From an uncultured Rhizobiaceae bacterium (GTDB lineage Bacteria > Pseudomonadota > Alphaproteobacteria > UBA2966 > CAIVPW01), in contig CAZHAN010000001.1 in assembly GCA_964530575.1 (NCBI GenBank), positions 1 through 35,327 of the forward strand: a stretch of 35,327 bases of DNA, read 5' to 3'. Under the pieces are notes generated by a model that worked only from the letters and a program-made list of their open reading frames with translations, ran no database searches and was not told the DNA's origin. How positions within the stretch are numbered: the stretch's first letter is position 1; every line of letters starts with the position of its first letter. Positions 9,278-19,619 of the stretch are shown one piece after another. Made by a program: the position numbers and the translations under genes.

Positions 9278-10135
9278 ATGATGGCTGAAGATACTTGGTT
9301 TACAGAAGTTCTGTATAGGGACTTTAGACAGCAGATTAGGATTAAAGGTACTATATATACTGGCCAAACTGCTTATCAGAAAGTTGATATATTTGAGAAC
9401 GATACATACGGAAAAATTCTTTGCCTTGATGGGGTTTTTCAAACAACTGAAAGTGATGAAGCTTACTATCATGAGATGTTGGTCCATCCTTTAATGTTTT
9501 CGCACAATAAACCACTTAGTGTTTTAATTATTGGAGGTGCTGATGGTGGAGCACTACGCGAGGTATTGCGCCACCCAATAGGTAAGGTTGTACTCGTTGA
9601 TATTGATGATGAACTAATTGATTTGTGTAAATATTATTTGCCCTCTATCTCAAACGGGGCCTTTGAAGATTCAAGAGTAAAGGTATCTTCTGGTGATGGA
9701 GCAATATTTGTTGAGCAGACAGAAGAAAGATTCGATGTGATTATAGTTGACTCAACTGATCCAATAGGTCCCGGAGCGGTTCTTTTTAAGCATAATTTTT
9801 TTGTGAATTGCAGAAGAATACTTAATAATGGAGGGATAATAGTAACCCAGAATGGTGTTCCTTTTTTTCAGTTCCAAGAACTAGCTAATGCTCATAAATC
9901 TAGGAAAAAAATCTTCTCAAATGCTGGATTTTATGTGTCACCAATCCCCCTGTATGCTGGAGGGTATATGGCTTTTGGTTGGGCTAGTGATGATATGAAT
10001 CCAGGGGAGACTAAAAAAAGTGATTTAGAGAGAAGAATTCTGTCAACGGGGATAAATTCTTTAGTATATAATCATTTAGCCCATAAAGGTTATTTTTCTC
10101 CACCAAAATTTCTCCAAGATCTTGTTGATTTTTAA
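9278..10135 (+). CDS. speE: spermidine synthase (polyamine aminopropyltransferase)
   Basis: 285 aa with IGGADGGALREV and VDSTDPIGP motifs. GGAGA lies upstream of the ATG. Confidence 0.9.
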   Translation: MMAEDTWFTEVLYRDFRQQIRIKGTIYTGQTAYQKVDIFENDTYGKILCLDGVFQTTESDEAYYHEMLVHPLMFSHNKPLSVLIIGGADGGALREVLRHPIGKVVLVDIDDELIDLCKYYLPSISNGAFEDSRVKVSSGDGAIFVEQTEERFDVIIVDSTDPIGPGAVLFKHNFFVNCRRILNNGGIIVTQNGVPFFQFQELANAHKSRKKIFSNAGFYVSPIPLYAGGYMAFGWASDDMNPGETKKSDLERRILSTGINSLVYNHLAHKGYFSPPKFLQDLVDF

Positions 10136-10285
10136 ATAAATGATTTTTATGAGGTTGAAGCCCTATGCCTCAATCACCACATTAAGGATAAATCAATAAT
10201 AGAAAATTTTAGTTAATAAATATTGTAAAGTGTATTTTGTTTGAATCTATGCCAAGATTAGAAAATTTTTTTATAGGAGAGGGTA

Positions 10286-10495
10286 ATGTCAATTCAATTT
10301 GAAGAAGTATATGGCAATGACCATCATTTATATGGAGATCAAGGCACAGCATATGTAAAAAGAATTCTAATAGAAGGAGAATATTACTATGCAATACATG
10401 CAACTGATGGCACTGAGCTAGCAGTAGTCAATAATAGAGAGGTGGCTTTTGCAACCGCACGTCAACATGACATGGAACCGGTGAGTGTTCATTGA
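10286..10495 (+). CDS. DUF1150 family small protein
   Basis: 69 aa, YVKRILIEGEYYYAIHATDGTELAVVNNREVAFATARQHDMEPVSVH, which resembles the alphaproteobacterial DUF1150 family. Strong SD (AGGAGAGG). Confidence 0.7.
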   Translation: MSIQFEEVYGNDHHLYGDQGTAYVKRILIEGEYYYAIHATDGTELAVVNNREVAFATARQHDMEPVSVH

Positions 10496-10525
10496 ATAAT
10501 CTAAGATTATAGATAATTTAAGGAG

Positions 10526-12013
10526 TTAATTTTTCCTAATCTTATTAGTTTTACTGTATTTTTTTCTTTGAATTGATGAAGGTATTTTTTGCATTTCTCG
10601 ATATTTTGTCACAGTTCTTCTTGCAATATTGATATTCAAACCCCTAAGAATTTCTGCAATCTTATCATCAGATAAATTTTGACCAACTTTTTCCTGCTGA
10701 ATTAGCTTCTGTATTTGTATCCTTACGGATTCTGCAGAGTGAAATTTATTACCTATAGCTGAGGGTATGCCAGGTGTAAAAAAATATTTCATAGGAAAAA
10801 TACCCTGGGGTGTTGATATGTATTTATTAGCAGTAACACGACTAACCGTACTATCATGCATTTCAATTTTTTTTGCGATATCTTTTAATTTCAATGGTTT
10901 TAATTTTTTTACACCATTTTTCATAAAGTCATTCTGCTGAGTAGTTATTTCAGTTGCCACCTTAAGAATAGTATCAGCCCTTTGTTCTATTGCCTTAACC
11001 AGCCAGTTTGCAGAACTTAAGATTTCTGAAAGATAGTTTTTTTCTGATTTCTTATTAATATCCTGACTGATTTTTGTATAATAGCTCGAATTAACTAAGA
11101 CTTTAGGTAAAGTTTCATTATTAAGTTTGACAATCCATCCTCCATTAGTTTGTTCTTCGACAAAAATATCGGGAACTATCGTTTGAATTGTTTCGTTTCC
11201 ATAAATTAGCCCAGGTTTTGGATTGAGACTCTTGATCTCACCAATCATTTCAACAATACGTTTAAAGTCAATTGCGCAAAGTTTCGAAAGTTTTTTAATG
11301 TCATTTTGAGCTATTAAGTCTAGATTATTGATCATTATTTCCATTGGGTGATCAAATTTATTACGTTCCTTCAGCTGTAAAGTTAAGCATTCAGATAGGT
11401 TTCTTGCAAAAACTCCTATTGGATCAAATTTTTGAAGTTCTTTAAGGGTATTTTTTATAATTTTAATATTGCTACCAATTGATACAGAAATTGATTCGAG
11501 ACTTTCAGTTAAATATCCAGCATCGTTGACAAGGTCTATCAACTGCATACCAATAAATTTTATCTTTGGATTAGAAATTTCTATTCCGAGCTGGAAAGTA
11601 AGATGGTCTTTTAGTGTTTCATCAGTAGAATATCTTTGCTCAATAATATTATTTTCTATTTTATGATTATTTTTTTCAGACGTTTGAGTTTGGGGTAGGA
11701 GTTGGTTTTTATTTCCAAAATTATTTTTTAAAGTAGAATAGAATTTTGGCAAAGGGCGAAAAATATTATTGATATTTTCTATATCTTTAGTTTTTAAATC
11801 TTTTATTAAATTTGAGTTATGCCAGTCATCTGATTTAGATTGAGTTTTTTGTTCATACTCGGATTCAAGTAGTGGATTTCTCTCTAATTCTTTCTCAAGA
11901 TATTCAGCAAGTTCAAGATTGGATAATTTGAGTAATTTAAGGGATTGCTGAAGTTTGGGAGTGAGAAAAAGTGACTGATTCTGACGAAGAGTCATTTTTT
12001 GTGAAAGAGGCAT
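10526..12013 (-). CDS. rpoN: RNA polymerase sigma-54 factor
   Basis: 495 aa with N-terminal LTPKLQQSLKLL and the C-terminal RpoN box ARRTVTKYR. Confidence 0.95.
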   Translation of the reverse strand: MPLSQKMTLRQNQSLFLTPKLQQSLKLLKLSNLELAEYLEKELERNPLLESEYEQKTQSKSDDWHNSNLIKDLKTKDIENINNIFRPLPKFYSTLKNNFGNKNQLLPQTQTSEKNNHKIENNIIEQRYSTDETLKDHLTFQLGIEISNPKIKFIGMQLIDLVNDAGYLTESLESISVSIGSNIKIIKNTLKELQKFDPIGVFARNLSECLTLQLKERNKFDHPMEIMINNLDLIAQNDIKKLSKLCAIDFKRIVEMIGEIKSLNPKPGLIYGNETIQTIVPDIFVEEQTNGGWIVKLNNETLPKVLVNSSYYTKISQDINKKSEKNYLSEILSSANWLVKAIEQRADTILKVATEITTQQNDFMKNGVKKLKPLKLKDIAKKIEMHDSTVSRVTANKYISTPQGIFPMKYFFTPGIPSAIGNKFHSAESVRIQIQKLIQQEKVGQNLSDDKIAEILRGLNINIARRTVTKYREMQKIPSSIQRKKYSKTNKIRKN

Positions 12014-12024
12014 ATGTCTTGGCC

Positions 12025-12810
12025 TTAAAGGCTAAACCTCTCTCCAAGATAAACACGCCGAACGTCAGCATTGGAAACTATCTCAGATGGAGGACCTTCC
12101 ATCAATACTCTGCCTTCATGTAAAATGTATGCACGATCTATGATTTCTAGAGCCTCTCTTACGTTATGGTCAGTTATGAGAACGCCAATTCCTCTATCCT
12201 TTAAATGTGCAACTAAATCTCTAATTTCTGCAACTGCAATTGGATCTATGCCAGCTAGCGGTTCATCTAAAAGAATAAAACTTGGCTGTCCTGCAAGCGC
12301 ACGAGCTATCTCAACTCTTCTGCGCTCTCCTCCAGATAAACCTTGAGATGGTGCTCTTCTAAGATGAGTGATGGAAAATTCTGCGAGAAGATCGTCGAGC
12401 ATGGCTTCGCGTTTATCGTAAATTGGTTCTACTACTTCTAAAACAGCTCTAATATTATTTTCAACTGTTAAGCCTCGAAATATCGAGGCCTCTTGAGGAA
12501 GGTAGCCAATACCAAGTCGAGCTCTTCGATACATTGGAAGTCCAGTTATTGGATATCCATCGAGATGGATACTTCCATAATCTGGTGTTATTAAGCCCGT
12601 AATAATATAGAAGCATGTTGTTTTTCCTGCACCATTAGGCCCTAAAAGACCAACTGCCTCTCCACGACTTAGAGAGAGGCTGACGTCCCTTAAGACTGGA
12701 CGACTTTTATATTTTTTCCCTATTTTCTCAACTGAGAGCCCGCTATTATTTGTAACAAGTCGGGGCGTGTTGCTTTTATTGGGTTTAAAAATTTTGTTTT
12801 TCTCAATCAT
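12025..12810 (-). CDS. lptB: LPS export ABC transporter ATP-binding protein
   Basis: Walker A GPNGAGKTT, signature LSGGERRR, Walker B ILLDEP. Position between lptA and rpoN. Confidence 0.93.
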   Translation of the reverse strand: MIEKNKIFKPNKSNTPRLVTNNSGLSVEKIGKKYKSRPVLRDVSLSLSRGEAVGLLGPNGAGKTTCFYIITGLITPDYGSIHLDGYPITGLPMYRRARLGIGYLPQEASIFRGLTVENNIRAVLEVVEPIYDKREAMLDDLLAEFSITHLRRAPSQGLSGGERRRVEIARALAGQPSFILLDEPLAGIDPIAVAEIRDLVAHLKDRGIGVLITDHNVREALEIIDRAYILHEGRVLMEGPPSEIVSNADVRRVYLGERFSL

Positions 12811-12830
12811 TATATATTTTTCATTAAAAA

Positions 12831-13346
12831 TTATGGACTTGGATCTGCAGGTTGATTGGGGATAAACAATCCTCTAACCCTATTTTCGCTGTCTGGCTCA
12901 CCTTCGATTGTAGTGATCCCATTAATAAGATTAATTGACAAGCGATTACCCCTTAAAACATTTGGACCTTGAGTTATAATAACAGCACCTATTAGGGTAA
13001 TGATACTATTTTCAACATCATAAATTCCATTCTCTCCTTCTGCGGTTTCTCTTGGAGTAGAAAAAAATACATTACCGCTCATATTTATTATTTTGATAGC
13101 GTTTTCTTCATTTCCATCATCAAAATATTCAACAGAAACCTTATCAGCTAATAGTAAAATTTCACCTTGAGTGGTTTGAACATTTCCAGTAAAAATTGCT
13201 AAGTTTTCTTCTTGCTTAATTTCTAAAGAGTCTGCATTTATTTCTATAGGCTGTCGGTGATTTTCTCCTAATCCTTGGGATACAGCTATGGCAGGGAGTA
13301 ATGTAAAAAATAAAACGAGAATTGAATTTTTAATGATTGTAAGCAT
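12831..13346 (-). CDS. lptA: LPS transport periplasmic protein LptA (OstA-like)
   Basis: 171 aa with a signal peptide and an OstA_N-like beta-jellyroll repeat (INADSLE..., FTGNV...). Position is upstream of lptB. Confidence 0.8.
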   Translation of the reverse strand: MLTIIKNSILVLFFTLLPAIAVSQGLGENHRQPIEINADSLEIKQEENLAIFTGNVQTTQGEILLLADKVSVEYFDDGNEENAIKIINMSGNVFFSTPRETAEGENGIYDVENSIITLIGAVIITQGPNVLRGNRLSINLINGITTIEGEPDSENRVRGLFIPNQPADPSP

Positions 13347-13990
13347 TAGCTAGCCTTATTATTTAGAATTACATGAACACCCCGAGTGAAATGAATTAAC
13401 CCACCTTCACTCATGAATTTCATTCCCTTTGAATTAATTCTTCCTAATGGCCCATGGCCATGAATAGGCTTAGATGTCTCCACTAGTCCTGTTGATAAAT
13501 CAACTACCGCTTCTTGTGCATGTAACTCATAACCAATATCAGTAAAGATTTCTATTGGTCCTTCAAGATTTAGAAGTTCCTTGTCGCGATTCAGAATACC
13601 AGATATGGCTGAAATTGAGATCCAGGTTCCATTATCTAGTGTTAGATCTGCTTGAAGATTATCTAGATTAAATACTTGAAACTTAACCGACTGTTGAACT
13701 GCTCGTTCAGCAGTAATAAGGAATGGACGACTATTTGAATCGATTCCTGCAAATCTTGCTCTAGTAACGCCCAATTCATTATTTGGATCACGAGCAAGGT
13801 CTTCAAAAGATAATCTAAACCCACCTCCATCTCCAAAGCTTCCTGGCCATACTGCCATAAGTGCAACTAAGGCGATTGCGAATGTTGGGAGGACTAACTT
13901 CATTAGCCCCACAAATCTGCTGTATCTATGACTTGACGGGGCCTTATTTGTCTTTTGATAATGGTTAATGTTTGTAGGATCAGTCATCAT
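13346..13990 (-). CDS. lptC: LPS export system protein LptC
   Basis: Single N-terminal TM (LVLPTFAIALVALMAVW) followed by a periplasmic domain. TAATG overlap with the lptA start. Likely start is ATGATG at 13990/13987, overlapping the kdsD stop; the 14026 start in the track is less likely. Confidence 0.75.
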   Translation of the reverse strand: MMTDPTNINHYQKTNKAPSSHRYSRFVGLMKLVLPTFAIALVALMAVWPGSFGDGGGFRLSFEDLARDPNNELGVTRARFAGIDSNSRPFLITAERAVQQSVKFQVFNLDNLQADLTLDNGTWISISAISGILNRDKELLNLEGPIEIFTDIGYELHAQEAVVDLSTGLVETSKPIHGHGPLGRINSKGMKFMSEGGLIHFTRGVHVILNNKAS

Positions 13991-14984
13991 TACCTTGCAT
14001 GTCGATACCTGCTCGCAGACAGTCATGTAAATGAATTATTCCAATTGGTTTATCATTTTCAGAGACGAAAAGACTGGTGATCTTTGTTTCAGTCATTCTG
14101 CCAAGCGCTTCAGAGGCTAATGCGTTAGAGGTAATTGTTTTTGGTTTTGCGGTCATAACAGAACTTGCAGATTTATTTAAAAGATTTGTATCCATGTTAC
14201 GTCGAAGATCACCATCAGTAATAATCCCAATTAGTTCATTTTGGTTGTTAATAACACCAACGCATCCAAAACTTTTAGCACTCATTTCGATTAGGGCTTC
14301 AGACATCAGGGAATTTTGATCAATTAAAGGAAGTGAATTCCCTTTATGACAAATATCTGAAACTTTGATTAATTTTTGACCTAATTTACCGCCAGGGTGT
14401 AGTAACTGAAACCGGTCGCTTGAAAATTCTCTCATTTCAAGTAAAGCAACTGCAAGTGCATCACCAAAGGCGAGCGTTGATGTCGTTGATGTTGTGGGGG
14501 CAAGTCCAAGGGGGCATCCTTCAGGAATATTGGGAAGTTCAAGTGTTGCCTTAGCAGTTGTGCCCAATGTACTTTTTTTGCTTCCAGTAATAGCAATGAT
14601 AGGTATAGAGAAACGATGTGAATAATTTATTAAATCTGACACTTCTTGGGTTTCTCCGGAATTGCTGATTATAATTAGGGTATCACCATTAGTAATCATG
14701 CCAAGATCGCCATGACTTGCTTCTCCGGGATGGACAAACATTGAGGGGGTTCCAGTTGAAGCAAGGGTGGATGCAATTTTTCGGCCAATATGACCAGATT
14801 TTCCCATTCCGCTAACAATTACTCTACCCTTAGTGTTAAAAATGATGTTAGCAGCAAAATTAAATTCAGAGTTCAGAGATGAGGCAATTTGTTTGATAGC
14901 TTCAGATTCAAGAATAAGCATCTTGCTTGCTGATTCTAAAGCTTGGCTTTTTATTTTTGGATTATTATATGAATCTTTTGTCAT
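13980..14984 (-). CDS. kdsD: arabinose-5-phosphate isomerase (KpsF/GutQ family)
   Basis: 334 aa with SIS domain GMGKSGHIGRKIASTLASTG and a C-terminal CBS pair. Confidence 0.92.
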   Translation of the reverse strand: MTKDSYNNPKIKSQALESASKMLILESEAIKQIASSLNSEFNFAANIIFNTKGRVIVSGMGKSGHIGRKIASTLASTGTPSMFVHPGEASHGDLGMITNGDTLIIISNSGETQEVSDLINYSHRFSIPIIAITGSKKSTLGTTAKATLELPNIPEGCPLGLAPTTSTTSTLAFGDALAVALLEMREFSSDRFQLLHPGGKLGQKLIKVSDICHKGNSLPLIDQNSLMSEALIEMSAKSFGCVGVINNQNELIGIITDGDLRRNMDTNLLNKSASSVMTAKPKTITSNALASEALGRMTETKITSLFVSENDKPIGIIHLHDCLRAGIDMQGNDD

Positions 14985-15094
14985 AGTGACTTCAATTTAG
15001 ATTTGTATTTTGGTTTCATATAGTTAGGTATAGATAATAGCTTATCTAGATTTATTAAAACTATGATCTTAGATGCCTCAAAAGGCAAACTTGT

Positions 15095-15706
15095 TCAATG
15101 AGCAAAAAGATCAATGTCTTCCCAGCCAGCTAAGTCTAACTCAGCTCTAATTGGTAAAAAAGCGAAGGCTGCCTTGGCTAAGTGGCTTCGTTGTTCTCGA
15201 ATTAACATCTCGTCTAGTATTTCTTTTATTCGATGGAGGTAGAGCACGTCATTGGAAGCGTACTCTAGCTGGTCAGTAGAAAGATCTTTTGATCCCCAAT
15301 CAGATGATTGTTGTTGTTTTGAAATTTCTATTTCAAGTAATTCCTTGCACAGATCTTTCAGGCCGTGGCGGTCTGTATAGGTTCTAGCCAATTTGGATGC
15401 AATTTTAGTACAATAAATTGGTCCAGTTAATACCCCTAGATAGTATCTGAGCATTGCAATATCAAAACGAGCATAGTGAAATATTTTAGTTATTTTTGGG
15501 TCTTCTAAGAGCGCAGAAAGCCTAGGAGCAGAATATTCCCCAGGTTCAAATTTGATGAGGTGGGTGTCTCCATCTCCGCCAGAAAGCTGAACTAGACATA
15601 GTCGATCTCTTTTAGGGCTAAGTCCCATAGCTTCAGTATCTATTGCTACTGATGATGAAAATGATATTTCTTTTGGCAAGTCGCCTTTGTGTAAGTGGTG
15701 TACCAT
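15095..15706 (-). CDS. rnd: 3'-5' exonuclease, short RNase D-like (DEDDy)
   Basis: 203 aa with AIDTEAMGL, HYARFDIAML and YASNDVLYL motifs. Confidence 0.85.
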   Translation of the reverse strand: MVHHLHKGDLPKEISFSSSVAIDTEAMGLSPKRDRLCLVQLSGGDGDTHLIKFEPGEYSAPRLSALLEDPKITKIFHYARFDIAMLRYYLGVLTGPIYCTKIASKLARTYTDRHGLKDLCKELLEIEISKQQQSSDWGSKDLSTDQLEYASNDVLYLHRIKEILDEMLIREQRSHLAKAAFAFLPIRAELDLAGWEDIDLFAH

Positions 15707-15738
15707 GTCTGTCCCTATATTCTTTGACCAAGGTGTTA

Positions 15739-15825
15739 TGGTGCCCAGGAGAAGATTCGAACTTCCATGACCTTTCGGCCACTAGCACCTGAAGCTAGCG
15801 CGTCTACCAATTCCGCCACCTGGGC
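15739..15825 (-). tRNA. tRNA-Leu (anticodon CAG)
   Basis: The reverse complement GCCCAGGTGGCGGAATTGGTAGACGCGCTAGCTTCAGGTGCTAG...TTCGAATCTTCTCCTGGGCACCA folds with a long variable arm. Anticodon loop TTCAGGT, encoded CCA. Confidence 0.92.
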
Positions 15826-15951
15826 AAGCCGCGCCATTTATCGGGGTAACGTTGAGTGCTACTGATGTCAACCTGCATTTGTTGTGAATTCCTTTTTATT
15901 TAAAAACAACCTACTAGACTTAATCATCAATTTTGGTATAGGAAATTCCTC

Positions 15952-16884
15952 ATGTCTGAGGGTTTTATTACTATTTTTGGAGGATCTGGGTTTCTGGGCA
16001 CTTATATTGTTCAGCGATTAGCGGGTCTTGGGATCCCTATTAGGGTGGCTGTCAGAGATCCAATTTCAGCTAATCATCTGAAGGTAATGGGTGCAGTGGG
16101 ACAGATCGGAATTGTTCAGGCAAATATTAGTAACCAAGCATCTGTAGATGCAGCAATCGCTGGGGCATCATGCGTAATCAATCTTGTAGGTATATTAGCT
16201 GAGACAAGTAAGCAAAAATTTGATTCTTTGCATATAGATGGAGCTGAAAGAATCTCAAATTCTGCGATTTCTTTTGAAGTTGATAGATTGATTCATTTCT
16301 CATCAATTGGCGCAGATATTAACTCACCCTCAAGATATTCAAGAACAAAAGCTAAAGGAGAAATAAAGGTTAAAGAAATATTTCCCTCTGCTACTATTGT
16401 GAGACCAAGTGTCGTTTTTGGAATTGAAGATAAATTTATTAATAGATTTGCATCCCTTCTTAAGATATTTCCGGTACTTCCTATATTTGGAAGTAAGAAT
16501 GGACCTAATTTGCAACCAATTTATGTTGGTGATGTTGCTGATGCTGTTATAGAAATTCTCTCAAGAGATTTTTCTAGGGGTAAAATTTATGAATTAGGAG
16601 GTCCAGATATTTTAACTTTAAGAAAAATATATGAATTAATCATTAGTGACCTTGATCGAAAAAAAATTATTCTGCCAATTTGGAATTGGATTGGAATCGT
16701 ACTCTCTATTGTTACATCAATTTTACCTGTTCCATTCATATTTAAAATTACAAGAGATCAGCTTCATGACTTAAAGAGAGATAACGTTGCAGAATTGGGT
16801 CGAACAAGCTTAAGTGAGCTAGGCATTCACCCAACTCCACTGTCCGCGATTATTCCTAGCTTGCTTGCGCGATATAAGTCTTAA
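15952..16884 (+). CDS. NAD(P)H-binding, complex I NDUFA9 subunit-like SDR
   Basis: 310 aa with Rossmann motif IFGGSGFLGTYIV and a hydrophobic C-terminal segment. This type is common in Alphaproteobacteria. Confidence 0.8.
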   Translation: MSEGFITIFGGSGFLGTYIVQRLAGLGIPIRVAVRDPISANHLKVMGAVGQIGIVQANISNQASVDAAIAGASCVINLVGILAETSKQKFDSLHIDGAERISNSAISFEVDRLIHFSSIGADINSPSRYSRTKAKGEIKVKEIFPSATIVRPSVVFGIEDKFINRFASLLKIFPVLPIFGSKNGPNLQPIYVGDVADAVIEILSRDFSRGKIYELGGPDILTLRKIYELIISDLDRKKIILPIWNWIGIVLSIVTSILPVPFIFKITRDQLHDLKRDNVAELGRTSLSELGIHPTPLSAIIPSLLARYKS

Positions 16885-16890
16885 ATTTAA

Positions 16891-17694
16891 TTAACTTGAG
16901 TATATTATATACAAAAGAATGCCACCCAGAAGTAGACGATAAATTACAAAAGGGGCAAAGCTTGAATGTTTTAACCAAGACATCATCAATGAAATAGAAA
17001 TATATGCGGTAATAAAAGAAATTATTGCCGTAATGATTGAATCTATTCCCAGTGATAAATTTCCTTGTTCCCAAATCTCATAGCCATCCCATATTCCTGC
17101 TGCAAGAATTGTGGGGATTCCAAGAAGCATAGAAAACTTTGATGCTTCTGTTCTTTCATATCCCATCATGCGTGCAGCGGTAATAGTGACACCAGAGCGG
17201 CTTGTTCCAGGAATTAAAGCAAAAATTTGAGCAACTCCAATTACAATAGCATTATGACTACGCATATGTTCAATCTTGCGAACAGTCATACCAGTTTGAT
17301 CGGCAATCCAAAGTAGTATTCCAAAAATAATCATTGTCCATGCGATGAATAAAGGACTTGAAAGTGAATCTTGAATTTCTAAACTCACCACTATGAATCC
17401 AGCTACTAATACAGGAATAGATGCTATAGATAAATGAAGCGCAAGAGTTGTATTTTTATTGGTTCTGCCGAGTGACAGATGAATAACGCCAATCATAATA
17501 TTCCATATATCACTCTTAAAATATAGAATTATTGCGATAAGACTACCTATATGAGCTGATATTCGAATACTTAGTCCTGCATCAGGCCATTTGAAAAGAT
17601 CATCGACTAAAAGCAAATGAGCTTGTGAAGATATTGGAAGAAATTCAGTAATCCCCTGAACAACTGCTAAAACAATGATATGAATTAATGACAA
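16891..17694 (-). CDS. uppP: undecaprenyl-diphosphate phosphatase
   Basis: 267 aa polytopic protein with TEFLPISSQAHL and PGTSRSG motifs. TTG start with GGAGA 7 nt upstream. Confidence 0.93.
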   Translation of the reverse strand: MSLIHIIVLAVVQGITEFLPISSQAHLLLVDDLFKWPDAGLSIRISAHIGSLIAIILYFKSDIWNIMIGVIHLSLGRTNKNTTLALHLSIASIPVLVAGFIVVSLEIQDSLSSPLFIAWTMIIFGILLWIADQTGMTVRKIEHMRSHNAIVIGVAQIFALIPGTSRSGVTITAARMMGYERTEASKFSMLLGIPTILAAGIWDGYEIWEQGNLSLGIDSIITAIISFITAYISISLMMSWLKHSSFAPFVIYRLLLGGILLYIIYSS

Positions 17695-17815
17695 ATTATT
17701 ATCTCCGCTAGCAGGTGAATAAGGATATTTTTATGCATATTAATTGCCTACTTGACCACTACCACCTTGATCTAGTCATATTAGGGAACAATACTTTAAT
17801 GTGACTATTAGTAAA

Positions 17816-18484
17816 ATGCATACACTGTATCACGGATGGCTTTCGCCCTTTTCAAGGAAGGTAAGAATCGCTTTAGGCGAGAAAGGGGTCGATTTCTGCC
17901 TAATTATTGAGAAGGAATGGGAGAGGAGACTCGAGTTTTTAGAGATGAATCCTGCTGGAACTGTCCCAGTTTTAGTCACAAATGAAGGAATTGCCTTATC
18001 TCATTCTCAGTCAATTTGTGAATATATTGATGAAAATACTTCTGGAGAATCGTTGCTAGGTGGTGATCTCTACCAAAGGGCTGAGGTTAGGCGATTAACA
18101 TCATGGTTTGATGAAAAATTTTATAAAGAGGTAACTGCTAATTTAGTTGGAGAAAAGCTCTTTAAACGTTTTATGGGCATGGGAGAGCCTGATTCAAATT
18201 CTATTAGAGCAGGGCATCAAAATTTAGCTATCCACCTTGATTATATAATTTGGATTACCGAGAGGAGGAGATGGCTTGCTGGTTCAAATTTCAGTTTAGC
18301 TGACATAGCCGCCGCCGCTCAGATTAGTTGTATTGATTATTTGGGTGATGTTCCTTGGAAGAATTTTTCTGGGGCTAAAGATTGGTATGCCCGTGTTAAA
18401 TCCCGACCAAGTTTCAGGTCGATTTTATCTGACAATATTCCTGGTTTATCTCCACCACGTCACTACTCGAATTTAGATTTTTGA
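17816..18484 (+). CDS. glutathione S-transferase family protein (bacterial type)
   Basis: Contains MHTLYHGWLSPFSRKVRIALGEKG, GTVPVL and SQSICEYI, a GST N-domain. I prefer the ATG at 17816 over the GTG at 17801. Confidence 0.85.
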   Translation: MHTLYHGWLSPFSRKVRIALGEKGVDFCLIIEKEWERRLEFLEMNPAGTVPVLVTNEGIALSHSQSICEYIDENTSGESLLGGDLYQRAEVRRLTSWFDEKFYKEVTANLVGEKLFKRFMGMGEPDSNSIRAGHQNLAIHLDYIIWITERRRWLAGSNFSLADIAAAAQISCIDYLGDVPWKNFSGAKDWYARVKSRPSFRSILSDNIPGLSPPRHYSNLDF

Positions 18485-18494
18485 TTGAATTATT

Positions 18495-19619
18495 TTGGTT
18501 TCTAAACTTTTAGATATTGATGTAAGAGATCAAATAAGCTCAAAGCTGTATGAATTGGGTTTTGATGAATACGGTATTTCAGGACCAGATATTTCAACCT
18601 CAGCAAAAATAAATTTACGTAAATTCATCCAAAATGATTATCACGGAACCATGGATTGGATGAAGAAAAATATAGAAAGAAGGGAGGATCCTCTCAAGCT
18701 TTGGCCGTCAGTTAGAAGTATTCTTGTCGTAGCTATGAATTGTGGTCCTCCTGAAGAGAATCTCGATGAGTCAATAAATAATGACCAAGGAGTAATAGCT
18801 TCATACGCTCTTGGTGAAGATTATCATAAAGTAATGATGAAAAAACTTAAGGAGTTTGCCTTATGGCTGACCTCAACATTCAATGTTGAGGCAAAGGTAT
18901 TTGTAGATACTGCTCCCATACTTGAAAAGACTCTAGCTGAAAAATCTGGTTTAGGTTGGCAAGGTAAACATACAAATTTGGTTTCTCGATCATTTGGCTC
19001 TTGGCTAATGTTGGGTGAAGTTTTTACAACACTTAACTTATCCCCTGATAAATTTGGAACAAATTTATGTGGCCGATGTACCCGCTGTTTAGATGTGTGT
19101 CCAACCAACGCTTTTCCAAGTCCTTATGTTCTTGATGCTCGAAAATGTATTTCCTATCTTACTATTGAGCATAAAGGCCATATCTCTACTAAGTTCCGTG
19201 AAGCTATAGGCAATAAAGTGTTCGGATGTGATGATTGTTTATCGGTTTGTCCTTGGAATAAATACGCTCATTTAGCTGGTGAAACTTTATTGTTGTCTAA
19301 ATCCGAACTAACAGAACCAAAATTAAGGTATCTAGCTCTATTAGATGACAAAGCTTTTCGTAAATTGTTTCGTCAATCTTCAATTTTTCGTACAGGGAGA
19401 AACAGATTTGTCCGGAATGTTTTAATTGCGATTGGAAATAGTCATATAAAAGAACTGGCAGATGTTTCAATAAGCTTATTAGATGATCAGTCCCCTTTGG
19501 TTAGAGCTATGGCGATATGGTCCCTTTCTAGATTAGATAGTGAAATGTTTAATATTGAAAAGAGAATTCGTAAAGATATAGAAAAAGATTTAGATGTACG
19601 TTCGGAGTGGGGAATATAA
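18495..19619 (+). CDS. queG: epoxyqueuosine reductase
   Basis: 374 aa with two 4Fe-4S motifs (CGRCTRCLDVCPTNAF, CDDCLSVCPWNK) and a C-terminal HEAT-like region. TTG start. Confidence 0.9.
   Translation: MVSKLLDIDVRDQISSKLYELGFDEYGISGPDISTSAKINLRKFIQNDYHGTMDWMKKNIERREDPLKLWPSVRSILVVAMNCGPPEENLDESINNDQGVIASYALGEDYHKVMMKKLKEFALWLTSTFNVEAKVFVDTAPILEKTLAEKSGLGWQGKHTNLVSRSFGSWLMLGEVFTTLNLSPDKFGTNLCGRCTRCLDVCPTNAFPSPYVLDARKCISYLTIEHKGHISTKFREAIGNKVFGCDDCLSVCPWNKYAHLAGETLLLSKSELTEPKLRYLALLDDKAFRKLFRQSSIFRTGRNRFVRNVLIAIGNSHIKELADVSISLLDDQSPLVRAMAIWSLSRLDSEMFNIEKRIRKDIEKDLDVRSEWGI

Noticed and set aside
13663-13866. 67-aa ORF on the same strand inside lptC
   Set aside because: It is an alternative frame of lptC. 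The lptC frame is supported by the TM anchor, its length and the TAATG coupling to lptA.
15836-15871. TTGACA / ATAAAT pair on the minus strand upstream of tRNA-Leu as a promoter
   Set aside because: The spacer between the two hexamers is 24 nt, too long for a sigma-70-type promoter. The hexamer at the correct 17-nt spacing (TACCCC) is not -10-like.
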